This document shows positions 24,479 through 34,459 of a DNA stretch of 64,000 bases, piece by piece; within the stretch, counting starts at the first letter, position 1, and the number at the start of each line of letters is the position of its first letter. Below the pieces are notes generated by a model. The model saw only the letters and a list, made by a program, of their open reading frames with translations, did not search any database and was not told where the DNA came from. Location: sequence record OP380604.1. One strand, given 5' to 3'. The position numbers and the translations under genes were made by a program.

Positions 24479-26796
24479 TGGATATTTCATTTCACTGGGT
24501 AAAATACCAGAATATTATGTCAGTTGGCGCGAAGGCAATTCGCGTCACTCTTGACGAACACAAGAAAACGCTTGTCACTGGCACTAACGGCGCGGGTAAG
24601 TCTACTTTCATCGAAGCACTTACTTTCCTGCTTTATGGCAAAGCGTTTCGTGATGTAACAAAAGCGCAACTGGTGAACTCTCAGAACAAGAAAGGTCTCC
24701 ATGTTGAAGGTGAATTGAGTGTTGGTAAAGATCGCTATCATATCGAGCGCGGTATCAAGCCCAACATTCTGAAAATCACCAAGAACGGCGAGCCGCTGAA
24801 AGAAGTTGCAAGCGCGACGGAATACCAATCGTATTTTGAAAACGAGTTGCTTGGTATCAGTTACGACAGTTTCAAGCAGATCATCGTTCTTGGCACTGCT
24901 GGATATAAGCCGTTCATGGAACTGCCTGCTGGTAAGCGTCGCGAACTCGTTGAAGATCTTCTGGATGTTTCCGTTATAGGCGACATGGACAAGATCAACA
25001 AAGGGATCATCAAAGAGAAGAAGGGCGAGCTTGAACTTTTGCGCGTAAAACTAGCTTCCGCGGAAAGCGAACAGCAAACTGCCGAAGCGTCGATTGCAGC
25101 ACAACAAAAACAGACTGATAACATGATCGCTATGTTCACCACTAACTTCCGTTCGTTGGTAGATCAGGCGAAAGCGTTTAAAGAAAGTGTTGCCAAAAAT
25201 AAAAATGAGCTTGAATCTCTGGTAGAGCCAGTGTATATTGAGCAGGACGATTCACAAGAAGTTGAAGACAAACGCGCTAATCTGAATTCTCAGATTGATG
25301 AACTCCAATCTTCCCACAAAGAAGAGTTGGACGAGATTCAATCCAAGATTGCTATGTTGCGTTTGGATCAGCCTCATGAATGTGCATTGGATCATGACGA
25401 AATGATGTTGCGCGATTCTAAGCCAACTCAAGAAGATCTGATTGTCAAGACTGCCGCTGTTCCTATTCCCGAGGAACCGGTGTACGTGGAAGCGTCTGAG
25501 CCGACTGTGGTGAACGTTCGCGAAGAACTGAAACTAGCTAATCAGCTAAAGATGGCATTCGAACTGGATAAGCGCCAGCTCGTTGGACGTCGAGAATTTT
25601 TTGAGAAAGGTGGTGAGTGTCCAACTTGCGGCACCGATTGCTCTACGCATTCTCATGATCGCATTGCCGAAATCGATAACGAAATCGCTAGTTTTGATGT
25701 TAAAATTTCTGAGCAAGAACAGATTATTTCCGATCTGACTGCACAGGAACAGCAATACGAAATTGATCTCAAATCATATCGGTCAACTGTTGACGAAAAC
25801 GAGCGTAAACGCCGTGAGTACGAAAAGCAGACGGCAGATTATGCCTATCAGTGTCGTACTATCAGCGAACAGCACGAAGCCGAGATCCGTCGAATTGATC
25901 GAGAGATCGAGGAAATGCGCCTGAGTCACGCAAATCAGGTAATCGAGTATGATCGCAATATGCGCAAACTCGAAGACGAAAAACGTTTGGCTATTGACAG
26001 TTTCAAAGACAACAAAGCCGAACTGGAAGATCGTCTGTCTCAGTTGGAAGACGAAGTTGAACGTTTGAAGTCGGAACGTGTTGCAAAACACAATCTGGCT
26101 GTTGCACAATACAAAGCGAATGTGGAAGCGTTGAGAGCCAGTATCGCTACTGGTACCGAGTCCTATGAGACTACCGCAGAAAACGCAAGAAACTTGAAAA
26201 AACAGATTGACGACTTGAAAGCTACCGAGTATGATCGTTCTCAAGTTGATGCAGCACTTAAACGAGCTAATGAGTTAAAGGAAGAGATCGCTAAGATTGT
26301 TCTTGAACTCCATCACCGTTCGATTGTTGCTGATATGCTGAAAGACAACGGCGTGAAAGCGCACATTGTTAAGCGGTATATCCCTGTGTTTAACAAGAAG
26401 ATCAATGAGTATTTGAAAGCATTGGGTGCCGACTATGTGTTTGCGCTTGATGAAGGATTCAACGAATCTATCAAATCTCGTGGTAGAGAAGATTTTTGTT
26501 ATGCTTCCTTCTCAGAAGGCGAGAAAGCGAGAATCAACCTCAGTTTGTTGTTTACATGGCGCGATGTTAGCAGTATGATTAGTGGAGTTAATATCAACCT
26601 GCTATGCATGGACGAAGTGTTCGACGGATCCTGTGATGAAATGGGTATCGTTGGAATCAACAAAATGCTGGATAGTATGAAGTCCAACATAATTGTTATC
26701 TCGCATCGTAAAGACGCTATGGATGACAGTTTCAATCGCCACATTCGTATGCATAAGCAAGGTCGCTTTACTACGATGGTGGAGAATGTTCGATAA
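24478..26796 (+). CDS. 46: Recombination ATPase gp46 (Rad50/SbcC-like), long coiled coil
   Basis: GTNGAGKS Walker A, CPTC zinc hook, FSEGEKARI signature, MDEVFDG Walker B. Confidence 0.95.
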   Translation: MDISFHWVKYQNIMSVGAKAIRVTLDEHKKTLVTGTNGAGKSTFIEALTFLLYGKAFRDVTKAQLVNSQNKKGLHVEGELSVGKDRYHIERGIKPNILKITKNGEPLKEVASATEYQSYFENELLGISYDSFKQIIVLGTAGYKPFMELPAGKRRELVEDLLDVSVIGDMDKINKGIIKEKKGELELLRVKLASAESEQQTAEASIAAQQKQTDNMIAMFTTNFRSLVDQAKAFKESVAKNKNELESLVEPVYIEQDDSQEVEDKRANLNSQIDELQSSHKEELDEIQSKIAMLRLDQPHECALDHDEMMLRDSKPTQEDLIVKTAAVPIPEEPVYVEASEPTVVNVREELKLANQLKMAFELDKRQLVGRREFFEKGGECPTCGTDCSTHSHDRIAEIDNEIASFDVKISEQEQIISDLTAQEQQYEIDLKSYRSTVDENERKRREYEKQTADYAYQCRTISEQHEAEIRRIDREIEEMRLSHANQVIEYDRNMRKLEDEKRLAIDSFKDNKAELEDRLSQLEDEVERLKSERVAKHNLAVAQYKANVEALRASIATGTESYETTAENARNLKKQIDDLKATEYDRSQVDAALKRANELKEEIAKIVLELHHRSIVADMLKDNGVKAHIVKRYIPVFNKKINEYLKALGADYVFALDEGFNESIKSRGREDFCYASFSEGEKARINLSLLFTWRDVSSMISGVNINLLCMDEVFDGSCDEMGIVGINKMLDSMKSNIIVISHRKDAMDDSFNRHIRMHKQGRFTTMVENVR

Positions 26797-26962
26797 CATA
26801 CAAGACGTGTACCCAGATGTGGAATTCTGGGTACTATCAAACAAAGGGATTGACCACGAGATCAAAGTCACGTATAATCAGTTGGTAGCCAGATTTGGCG
26901 AAGAACAATTGACACGTATTATCAACAACTTTGATCCTCATTGGATAGCATGGAAGCTATGA
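26786..26962 (+). CDS. Small conserved protein (45.2-like by synteny)
   Basis: GGAG and ATG 26786, 58 aa, located between 46 and rpbA. Confidence 0.55.
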   Translation: MFDNIQDVYPDVEFWVLSNKGIDHEIKVTYNQLVARFGEEQLTRIINNFDPHWIAWKL

Positions 26963-27129
26963 TAGACCGAATAATACTGACAATAATGTTTCCGATTATT
27001 TGTCTATTAGCACTTTACTTTTGGATCAAGTCGTGTATAATGCACGACAACAGAGACAAGAAACAAAAACACTTGTCTCGTTCTATGAAACGTTACATTA
27101 CATACCTGATTGGAGTACGAAATGATTGA
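26959..27129 (+). CDS. Small membrane protein
   Basis: N-terminal hydrophobic helix IILTIMFPIICLLALYFWI. Confidence 0.5.
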   Translation: MIDRIILTIMFPIICLLALYFWIKSCIMHDNRDKKQKHLSRSMKRYITYLIGVRND

Positions 27130-27418
27130 TTTTATCCCTGGTGATTCCCTGAAAACTCTGAGCGCGGCTTTCTTCTATCAGAATCTGGCTCGTAAAAACT
27201 GGGTCCGACTCATGTCTCAGGAAGACTATGACCGCCTGCAATGTCTGGAACGTGATGTTCGTTTTGAGATTTACAAAGAATTTGACGATGATGTAATCGA
27301 AACTGCGATTCGTCTGAGTCAGAAGTTCCGTACCGAAAATCTGAACTGCAAACGCGAGTTCGAAGAATTTTTCCCTGATGCTGCTGCTCTTGTTTACTCC
27401 GAGTGGAAAGCAGCGTAA
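27122..27418 (+). CDS. rpbA: RNA polymerase-binding protein RpbA-like
   Basis: QNLARKNWVRLMS...RFEIYKEFD aligns by eye with T4 RpbA QNKIRRAWVLSLS...HAYYEAID; immediately upstream of 45. Confidence 0.6.
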   Translation: MIDFIPGDSLKTLSAAFFYQNLARKNWVRLMSQEDYDRLQCLERDVRFEIYKEFDDDVIETAIRLSQKFRTENLNCKREFEEFFPDAAALVYSEWKAA

Positions 27419-27454
27419 TATACCTATCTAACTGAATTGAACTGAGGAAATAAA

Positions 27455-28132
27455 ATGCAACTGAGCAAAGAAACCGTAGAAATCCTGTCTAACTTCGCAA
27501 AAATCAACCCGTCTGTGGTACTGAAACCTGGTACTTTTGTCAACACCAAGAGCGTGAACAACGTTCTGTATGCCGAAAGCACCATCAAAGATACCGTAGA
27601 TAGTGAGCTGCGAATCTACAGTCTCGGTGAATTCTTGGGTGTTGCTGCGATGGTTGGTCTGCCTGCTGATGTTACCGAAGACGGTGAATATATCACTATC
27701 AAGAATGCATCCGGTGGCAAAGCTATGGCAAAAATCAAAATGGCAGAAGCCGGTACTATCGCACATCCGAAGAAAGCACTGACCATGCCAACTGCTTCCG
27801 TTGTGTTCGAGATTACTGCCGAGCAACTGAAACAAATCGACAAATCTGCCTCTACTATGTCCCTGGTAGATCTGCACTTTGTCAACGACGGTCGTAAGAT
27901 TATCGCTCGTCTGACCGGCGGTGAAAGCAACTCCAACAGCTTTGAGATTGCTATTGCTGATGACTTCGAAGGCGACGACGCTACTTTTGATTTCATCGTT
28001 GCGATTGGTAACATGAAGATGATCGACGGCAAATATACCGTGATGATCGCAAAAGAAGGCGCAATCTGCTTCAAGGGTGCAACTGCAAGCTATATCATTG
28101 CAATTGACTCCAAATCCAAGTACACTGCTTAA
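27455..28132 (+). CDS. 45: Sliding clamp gp45
   Basis: MQLSKETVEILSNFAKINPSVVLKPG..., IYSLGEFL; synteny. Confidence 0.95.
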   Translation: MQLSKETVEILSNFAKINPSVVLKPGTFVNTKSVNNVLYAESTIKDTVDSELRIYSLGEFLGVAAMVGLPADVTEDGEYITIKNASGGKAMAKIKMAEAGTIAHPKKALTMPTASVVFEITAEQLKQIDKSASTMSLVDLHFVNDGRKIIARLTGGESNSNSFEIAIADDFEGDDATFDFIVAIGNMKMIDGKYTVMIAKEGAICFKGATASYIIAIDSKSKYTA

Positions 28133-28224
28133 TAACTGTCGGGGAGGGCAACCTCCCCACTTTAGAATAGTTTTGAATGCTAGTTATTCCAAACTGTTTT
28201 ACCCATGCACTGAGAGACATATAA

Positions 28225-29190
28225 ATGACTGTGACTATCACCGATCCAAAAGAGTTTATGTGGGAACAAAAGTACCGTCCTGCATTGATTTCCGAATGTA
28301 TTCTTCCGTCTGCTGATATCGAACGTTTCAAAGGTATCGTTGCGACTGGCAGAATCCCTCATATCCTGCTGTTCTCCAAAAGCCCAGGTACTGGCAAAAC
28401 TACCATGGCGCGTGTTCTTTGTAACGAGATCGATGCCGAAGTTATGTTTATCTCTGGTGGTAAACTGCGTATCGATGACTTGCGCAACGACCTTACCGCA
28501 TTCGCGTCTACCATGACTCGCAAGCCGGGTGGCAAAGTTATCATCATCGATGAAGGCGATAACAAGGGCATGAAAGCCGTTCACGAAGAACTCCGTTCTT
28601 GGATGGAAGCGTTTAGCTCGAACTGTTCTGTTATCATGACTTGCAACAACGTAGAAGCTATCCCTGGTCCTCTGAAATCTCGATTCCGTCAGATTGAATT
28701 CGGTAATCCTACCGCAGACGACAAGCTCCGCATGATGAAAGAAATGATCGTACGGTGCGAAACTATTTGCGAAATGGAAGGCGTTGTAGTAGAATCTCGT
28801 AAAGCTATCGCTGCTCTTGTGAAACAAAACTTCCCTGATCTGCGTGGCACTATCACAATGCTTGATAGTTATGCAAAATCCGGTAAGATCGATGAAGGTG
28901 TTTTGACTAAAGCGACGCAAGCAACCGAAGACATGAACGACGTTGTTACTATGCTCAAGTCTAAAAAGCTCGGTGATGTTCGTTCGCTTGTTCCTAAGTT
29001 TACCGTTGATTATGATAGCTTTATCACCAAACTGTATGAGCGTCTTTTCGTTGAAGTTAAACCGACTTCTCTGCGTGTGATGATCAAGCTTATTGCTGAA
29101 AATCAGAAATACGCTAACGGTATTCCGAACATGGAAATTCATCTGTTTGATCTACTTGCTGATCTCAGTATGGAAATGGAGTGGAAATAA
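28225..29190 (+). CDS. 44: Clamp loader large subunit gp44
   Basis: WEQKYRP, SPGTGKTT, IIDE and LKSRF AAA+ motifs. Confidence 0.96.
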   Translation: MTVTITDPKEFMWEQKYRPALISECILPSADIERFKGIVATGRIPHILLFSKSPGTGKTTMARVLCNEIDAEVMFISGGKLRIDDLRNDLTAFASTMTRKPGGKVIIIDEGDNKGMKAVHEELRSWMEAFSSNCSVIMTCNNVEAIPGPLKSRFRQIEFGNPTADDKLRMMKEMIVRCETICEMEGVVVESRKAIAALVKQNFPDLRGTITMLDSYAKSGKIDEGVLTKATQATEDMNDVVTMLKSKKLGDVRSLVPKFTVDYDSFITKLYERLFVEVKPTSLRVMIKLIAENQKYANGIPNMEIHLFDLLADLSMEMEWK

Positions 29191-29191
29191 A

Positions 29192-29773
29192 ATGTCTCTC
29201 GCCTGTTTTATGGACGAAGAAGATTTAAACGAGCATGAGATTGCATGGCGTTCCAGGGATTGGAACGCTGTAAAAGAGCTTGCCAAGCAGTTTAAGGTAC
29301 CGGCTGAACAATCCCTGTTCGAAATAATCGATAACGTTACACAGAAGCGGGGACACGGCACAGTTGATCGATTCTCTGATTACGATCAACATGCAATAAA
29401 CAATGCTCTGTCCCAGCATGTTACCATGAGTGGTTATGCTTCTGAACTGAATTCTATGGAAGGGTTTATTAGCGATCAGATGCATTACGATTACCTGTAT
29501 TTTACTGTTCGGAAGTGTAGTCTACCGAAAGTAAAGTTCGCTAAACTCACGGACGATTGGGAACAAAGAGTATTCGAATACCTTGTTTCTGATTATTACG
29601 AGGTCTCGATTCCACGAGCCAGAGAATATATTGATTATTTTTCTGATGAACAAATCAAACGGTTAAAGAAAATGTTTTCTCCTACCGTTAATGACGTCAA
29701 CGCCCGTTGCTTGACTGTTATCCCAACTAAAACTGAGCGCGAAAAAATTCAACGCGCTATCCGATCTTGGTAA
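29192..29773 (+). CDS. 62: Clamp loader small subunit gp62
   Basis: INNALSQH, HYDYLYFTVRK; start at ATG 29192; synteny 44-62-regA. Confidence 0.9.
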   Translation: MSLACFMDEEDLNEHEIAWRSRDWNAVKELAKQFKVPAEQSLFEIIDNVTQKRGHGTVDRFSDYDQHAINNALSQHVTMSGYASELNSMEGFISDQMHYDYLYFTVRKCSLPKVKFAKLTDDWEQRVFEYLVSDYYEVSIPRAREYIDYFSDEQIKRLKKMFSPTVNDVNARCLTVIPTKTEREKIQRAIRSW

Positions 29774-29782
29774 AAGGACATA

Positions 29783-30151
29783 ATGAAAATGATGCTACAA
29801 ATTCAACTGAAAAAAGACGAAGACTTCCTGAAAATCCGCGAAACTCTGACCCGTATCGGTATCGCGAACAACGTAGAAAAGCGACTGTATCAAAGCTGTC
29901 ACATTCTTCAAAAACAAGGCAAGTATTACATCGTTCACTTCAAGGAACTGCTCCAGCTCGACGGCCGTCAAGTGGAAATCAGCCAAGAAGATATCGACCG
30001 TCGTAACGATATCGCGGTGTTGCTGAAAGAATGGGGAATGTGTGATATCGTGAGTGAGCACAACGCACCAGGCAACAACTTCTTCCGCGTGATCTCTCAC
30101 AAAGAGAAAGCTAACTGGACTCTGGTACACAAATACAAGTTCGGCTCTTAA
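29783..30151 (+). CDS. regA: Translational repressor RegA
   Basis: DFLKIRETLTRIGIAN...LYQSCHILQKQG.YYIVHFKEL. Confidence 0.96.
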   Translation: MKMMLQIQLKKDEDFLKIRETLTRIGIANNVEKRLYQSCHILQKQGKYYIVHFKELLQLDGRQVEISQEDIDRRNDIAVLLKEWGMCDIVSEHNAPGNNFFRVISHKEKANWTLVHKYKFGS

Positions 30152-30159
30152 TACAAACG

Positions 30160-30194
30160 GCGCTCTTGACAACACTCAAGAGCGCATTTATAAT
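30160..30194 (+). promoter_or_regulatory. Consensus sigma70 promoter for gene 43 embedded in a 10-bp inverted repeat
   Basis: TTGACA-17-TATAAT; IR GCGCTCTTGA / TCAAGAGCGC. Confidence 0.85.
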
Positions 30195-30221
30195 CAACTT
30201 TCATTTTGTGAGAGGTTTATT

Positions 30222-30338
30222 ATGAATGTTTCACCTAAGATGCGACCCCTGAAAGGCGCACTGACAAGAGGTAGTAAGTTTGTTTTATACCAACGTATGT
30301 ATTCAAGGCAATACTGTTCTGGAACGTTATGTCGATGA
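30222..30338 (+). CDS. Putative leader ORF (38 aa) overlapping the gene 43 start out of frame
   Basis: SD GAGAGGT and ATG downstream of the promoter; MNVSPKMRPLKGALTRG...GTLCR*. Confidence 0.4.
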   Translation: MNVSPKMRPLKGALTRGSKFVLYQRMYSRQYCSGTLCR

Positions 30339-33039
30339 TAACGGTATCAGTCGAAGTCGAAAAGTTAACTTTGGCCCAACGCTGTACAAGCATAGCAACA
30401 ACGGCGAGTTGAAAGACATTTACGGAAAGCCAGCTACGGCAGTTGAGTTCGATAGCATTGGCGATGCCAGACGCTGGATGAAAGATATGCGAGACATTAA
30501 TCGCGAGCCACTTGGCATGGACGATTTTGTTCTCCAATATCTGTATCACACCTATAGCGGTCCAGTTTCGTTCAAGTATGAGCAAATTGATATTGCGTTT
30601 GTGGATATCGAGGTCCCGACTGACGGACCATTCCCCGAACCTCATATCTGTGACTGGGAAATTGACGGCATCTGCCACTACAGCACAAAACGCAAACGGT
30701 ATTCACTGTTTACTACTCGTCCGTGGGACAAGGCCAAATCGATTCTTGATAAAGACGACAAGGGTAACGCTGTTGATATCTTAGAGCGTGTGGATTACGT
30801 GTTCTGTGAGTCTGAGCGCGAGCTTTTGATCCGGTATCTCAAGTTCTTTAGAGACAACACCCCGGATGTTTTCTCCGGTTGGAACTCTGAAATGTTCGAC
30901 TTGCGTTATATCGTAAACCGGTATCGTAAAGTTCTTGGTGATGTATATGCGAACAAGCTTAGTCCTTGGGAACAAATCATCGAGCGTACTGTTTTCAAAG
31001 ACGACGACGAAGGTGAAGAAGCCGAAGAGATCGTGACGTATGAATTGCTTGGCATTGCTTGTCTCGATTACATGGCAGCTTACAAGAAATTCACGTTTAA
31101 GACTCGTCCGACTTACAAGTTGGATTACATCGGTCAGATTGAACTCGGCATGAAAAAGCTGGATCTTACCGAGAAAACATACTTGGCATTCAGTCAGAAA
31201 AACCCACAGAAATATATCGACTATCTTATCCGAGACGTTGATTTGTTGGTTAAACTTGACGCTCGTTTGTCTTTGATGGCGCTGATTACCAGCGTAAGTT
31301 ATTACGCAAAGATCAACTATAACAACACCTTTAGTCCTTTGAAGACTTGGGACGCGATCATTCATAACAGTCTGATTGAACAGGGTATTGTTGTGCCAGA
31401 AAACAAGCGTACTTCTAAAGTCAAGTATGCGGGCGCGTTTGTTAAAGACCCAGTTACGGCGTTTTATCGCTGGATTCTGAGTTTCGACTTAACATCCCTG
31501 TATCCACACTTGATCATGGGTTGGAACATTAGCCCAGAGACTATTGTTGATTGCTATGATGTTCCTCGCATTTTCGTGAAAGACCGCATGGTGCCAGATA
31601 TCGTTGGCATGGGACTTGTTGACAAGAAATTCCAAGTTCCAAATGATGATATGTCATTCGCTGCTAACGGGATGCGTTACACCAGAAAGAAACGTGGTAT
31701 TATCCCGACTGAAATCGAAAAAGTGTTCTTGCAGCGTAAAGCCGCGAAGAATGCCGAGTTTACAGCGGATAAGATTGCGACAATCGCTTGGGATACAATC
31801 GTTGACCGCAAAGATAATAATATCGCAGATACCAATATTGAGTTCGACGCACACGGCATTGATCTCTCTATTAAGGGAGAAGCGTTTGATAATTTCGTCG
31901 CGAATCTGAAAACGTTCAACAACGAATCTCTACATGGCATCGTTGATTACTGCCGATTCATGGAGAAACTCGAAAACGTTAACCAACAAGCACGTAAGGT
32001 ACTTATCAACTCACTTTATGGTGCATTGGGCAACGAACACTTCCGTTATTATGACGTTCGAAATGCAGAAGCGATTACCATGAGTGGTCAATTTGCGATT
32101 CGTTGGATCATGCGGAAGATGAATGAATACATGAATGCGCTGTGTCAGACTAAAGACGTGGATTATGTCGTTTACGGCGATACTGACTCCATTTATCTGA
32201 CGTTTGAAAAGTTCGTTAATCTCATGGCAGCGAAGAAGGGTATTCAAGTCGGTGACATTGAAACTATTCGTTGGGTAGATTTCCTTGCTAAGTTTGCCAA
32301 AGAGAAATGTGAGCCGTATATCGATCAAAGCTATCGCGAACTCGCAGAATATGTCCAGTGTTATGATCACAAGCTGTTCATGGACCGAGAAATCATCGCT
32401 GATACTGCTTTCTGGACTGCTAAAAAGCGGTACGCTGCTAACGTGTGGGACTCAGAAGGTAAGCGCAAGCTTGACGAACACGGTAACGTTGTTCCGAAGT
32501 TGAAGATCATGGGCATTGAAACTCAACGTTCTAGCACACCGGTATTCGCTGGTAAATCGCTGGAGAAGAGTATCAAGCTGATCCTGACTAAGGGTGAGAA
32601 GGCAATGCAAGACTACGTTAAGGAAGTCAAGGCCGAGTATCCCAAGCGCGATTATCGAGAGATTGCGGCAGTATCGAGTGCAAACAACATCGAAAAGAAT
32701 CACAACAACTGGGTACCGGTTAAAGGTTGTCCGGGTCACATCAAGGGAGCACTCGCTTACAACAAAGTGGCAGAGCAGCGAAACCTTGACATGATTCGAA
32801 GCGGCGAGAAAATCCAGATCGTGATGTTGAAAGAGCCGAATCATATTCATTCTCCGGTACTTGCTTTCCCGAGTGGTGACAAGATTCCAGATGAATTTAA
32901 TCTTGATTTGTCTAAATATCTCGATTTCATGGGCATGTATCAAAAGCATTACCTGAAACCACTCGAAAATATCTGTAATGCGATTGGCTGGGAAACTGAG
33001 AAAGTATCCAGTCTGTCTGATCTTTTCGGTGATATGTAG
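30280..33039 (+). CDS. 43: Family B DNA polymerase gp43 (single chain, TTG start)
   Basis: DIEV exonuclease motif, SFDLTSLYP, NSLYG, YGDTDS; SD GAGG precedes the TTG. Confidence 0.98.
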   Translation: MFYTNVCIQGNTVLERYVDDNGISRSRKVNFGPTLYKHSNNGELKDIYGKPATAVEFDSIGDARRWMKDMRDINREPLGMDDFVLQYLYHTYSGPVSFKYEQIDIAFVDIEVPTDGPFPEPHICDWEIDGICHYSTKRKRYSLFTTRPWDKAKSILDKDDKGNAVDILERVDYVFCESERELLIRYLKFFRDNTPDVFSGWNSEMFDLRYIVNRYRKVLGDVYANKLSPWEQIIERTVFKDDDEGEEAEEIVTYELLGIACLDYMAAYKKFTFKTRPTYKLDYIGQIELGMKKLDLTEKTYLAFSQKNPQKYIDYLIRDVDLLVKLDARLSLMALITSVSYYAKINYNNTFSPLKTWDAIIHNSLIEQGIVVPENKRTSKVKYAGAFVKDPVTAFYRWILSFDLTSLYPHLIMGWNISPETIVDCYDVPRIFVKDRMVPDIVGMGLVDKKFQVPNDDMSFAANGMRYTRKKRGIIPTEIEKVFLQRKAAKNAEFTADKIATIAWDTIVDRKDNNIADTNIEFDAHGIDLSIKGEAFDNFVANLKTFNNESLHGIVDYCRFMEKLENVNQQARKVLINSLYGALGNEHFRYYDVRNAEAITMSGQFAIRWIMRKMNEYMNALCQTKDVDYVVYGDTDSIYLTFEKFVNLMAAKKGIQVGDIETIRWVDFLAKFAKEKCEPYIDQSYRELAEYVQCYDHKLFMDREIIADTAFWTAKKRYAANVWDSEGKRKLDEHGNVVPKLKIMGIETQRSSTPVFAGKSLEKSIKLILTKGEKAMQDYVKEVKAEYPKRDYREIAAVSSANNIEKNHNNWVPVKGCPGHIKGALAYNKVAEQRNLDMIRSGEKIQIVMLKEPNHIHSPVLAFPSGDKIPDEFNLDLSKYLDFMGMYQKHYLKPLENICNAIGWETEKVSSLSDLFGDM

Positions 33040-33098
33040 TTTATAAACATTCGGGGCTATGAGATAATAGCCCCATATCAGTGAGGTGAGAGAATACA

Positions 33099-33185
33099 AT
33101 GATTAGTATGAAATCTAAAATCGTAACAAGAGGCAAAACTGAAAAATGGCGAAAGGTATTAAAACTGCGAAAACTGGTAACTTAG
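33099..33185 (+). CDS. Putative leader ORF (28 aa) overlapping the uvsX start out of frame
   Basis: GAGGTGAG upstream; MISMKSKIVTRGKTEKWRKVLKLRKLVT*. Confidence 0.4.
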   Translation: MISMKSKIVTRGKTEKWRKVLKLRKLVT

Positions 33186-34381
33186 GCAATCTGATGTCCA
33201 AACTGGCAGGCACATCAAGTAATAAAATGAGTGCCGTGCTGGCAGAAAGTAAATTCTTCAATGATAAGGACAGTGTTCGAACCCGTGTTCCTCTGCTGAA
33301 CTTGGCAATGAGTGGTGAACTTGACGGTGGATTGGCACCTGGCTTGACTGTACTGGCTGGTCCTTCTAAGCACTTCAAATCAAACCTGTCTCTGGTATTC
33401 GTTGCTGCTTATATGCGCAAATATCCAGACGCGGTATGTATTTTCTTTGACAACGAATTCGGCTCGACTCCTGGTTATTTCGCATCGCAGGGTGTAGATA
33501 TCTCCCGTGTTATTCATTGTCCGTTTAAGAACATCGAAGAACTGAAATTCGATATCGTTAAGAAGCTGGAAGCAATTGAGCGCGGTGATCGTGTTATTGT
33601 GTTCATTGACTCGATTGGTAACGCTGCATCCAAGAAAGAGATTGACGACGCGATTGACGAAAAATCTGTGTCTGATATGACCCGAGCAAAACAGATCAAA
33701 TCTCTGACTCGAATCATGACTCCTTACTTGACTGTTAATGATATTCCTGCGATCATGGTTGCACATACCTACGATACCCAAGAAATGTACTCCAAGAAAG
33801 TTGTTTCCGGTGGTACTGGTATCACTTACTCCGCTGATACCGTTATCATTATCGGTCGTCAACAAGAGAAAGACGGCAAAGAGCTGCTGGGTTATAACTT
33901 TGTTCTGAACATGGAGAAATCCCGTTTCGTCAAAGAGCAATCTAAATTGCCGCTTGAAGTAACTTTCCAAGGTGGTATCAATACTTATTCTGGTATGCTT
34001 GATATTGCACTTGATGTTGGCTTTGTTGTTAAACCTTCGAACGGTTGGTTTAGTCGTGCATTCTTGGACGAAGAAACCGGCGAGCTGATTGAAGAAGAAC
34101 GCAAGTGGCGCCGTGCAGATACCAACTGTCTTGAATTCTGGAAGCCTTTGTTTGCTCATGAGCCGTTTAAACGAGCTTGCTCCGATGCATACAAACTGAA
34201 ATCCGTTGCAGTCAAAGACGAAGTTTTTGATGAAGTTGATGAACTGTTTAGTGGTGAAGCTGAACTGCCTGTTAATATGGGACGCAAGCTTGAAACCGCG
34301 GATCAAGACGAACTCGATCAACTGGAAGAAGTGGACGTAGAAGGCTCCGATGCCGACGAACTGTTCGCTAATCTGGACTAA
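33146..34381 (+). CDS. uvsX: RecA-like recombinase UvsX
   Basis: LAGPSKHFKS, FIDSIGN, VSGGTG, KSRFVKE; acidic tail. Confidence 0.97.
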   Translation: MAKGIKTAKTGNLGNLMSKLAGTSSNKMSAVLAESKFFNDKDSVRTRVPLLNLAMSGELDGGLAPGLTVLAGPSKHFKSNLSLVFVAAYMRKYPDAVCIFFDNEFGSTPGYFASQGVDISRVIHCPFKNIEELKFDIVKKLEAIERGDRVIVFIDSIGNAASKKEIDDAIDEKSVSDMTRAKQIKSLTRIMTPYLTVNDIPAIMVAHTYDTQEMYSKKVVSGGTGITYSADTVIIIGRQQEKDGKELLGYNFVLNMEKSRFVKEQSKLPLEVTFQGGINTYSGMLDIALDVGFVVKPSNGWFSRAFLDEETGELIEEERKWRRADTNCLEFWKPLFAHEPFKRACSDAYKLKSVAVKDEVFDEVDELFSGEAELPVNMGRKLETADQDELDQLEEVDVEGSDADELFANLD

Positions 34382-34386
34382 AAACA

Positions 34387-34408
34387 AAAGAGGGCTTCGG
34401 CCCTCTTT
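34387..34408 (+). terminator. Terminator (CUUCGG)
   Basis: AAAGAGGGC-TTCG-GCCCTCTTT. Confidence 0.8.
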
Positions 34409-34459
34409 ACTTTTATGTAAGACTCTGATAATCTGGTACTATCTTATCAAGGAGAGATT

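Noticed and set aside
28138-28200. Two hairpins between genes 45 and 44
   Set aside because: Most simply a stability hairpin or weak terminator plus the expected RegA-regulated leader; not distinctive enough to claim more.
30222-30290. Programmed frameshift or sequencing error joining the leader ORF to gp43
   Set aside because: The TTG start has its own SD and gives an N-terminus (MFYTNV) that aligns with gp43 family starts; no canonical slippery heptamer.
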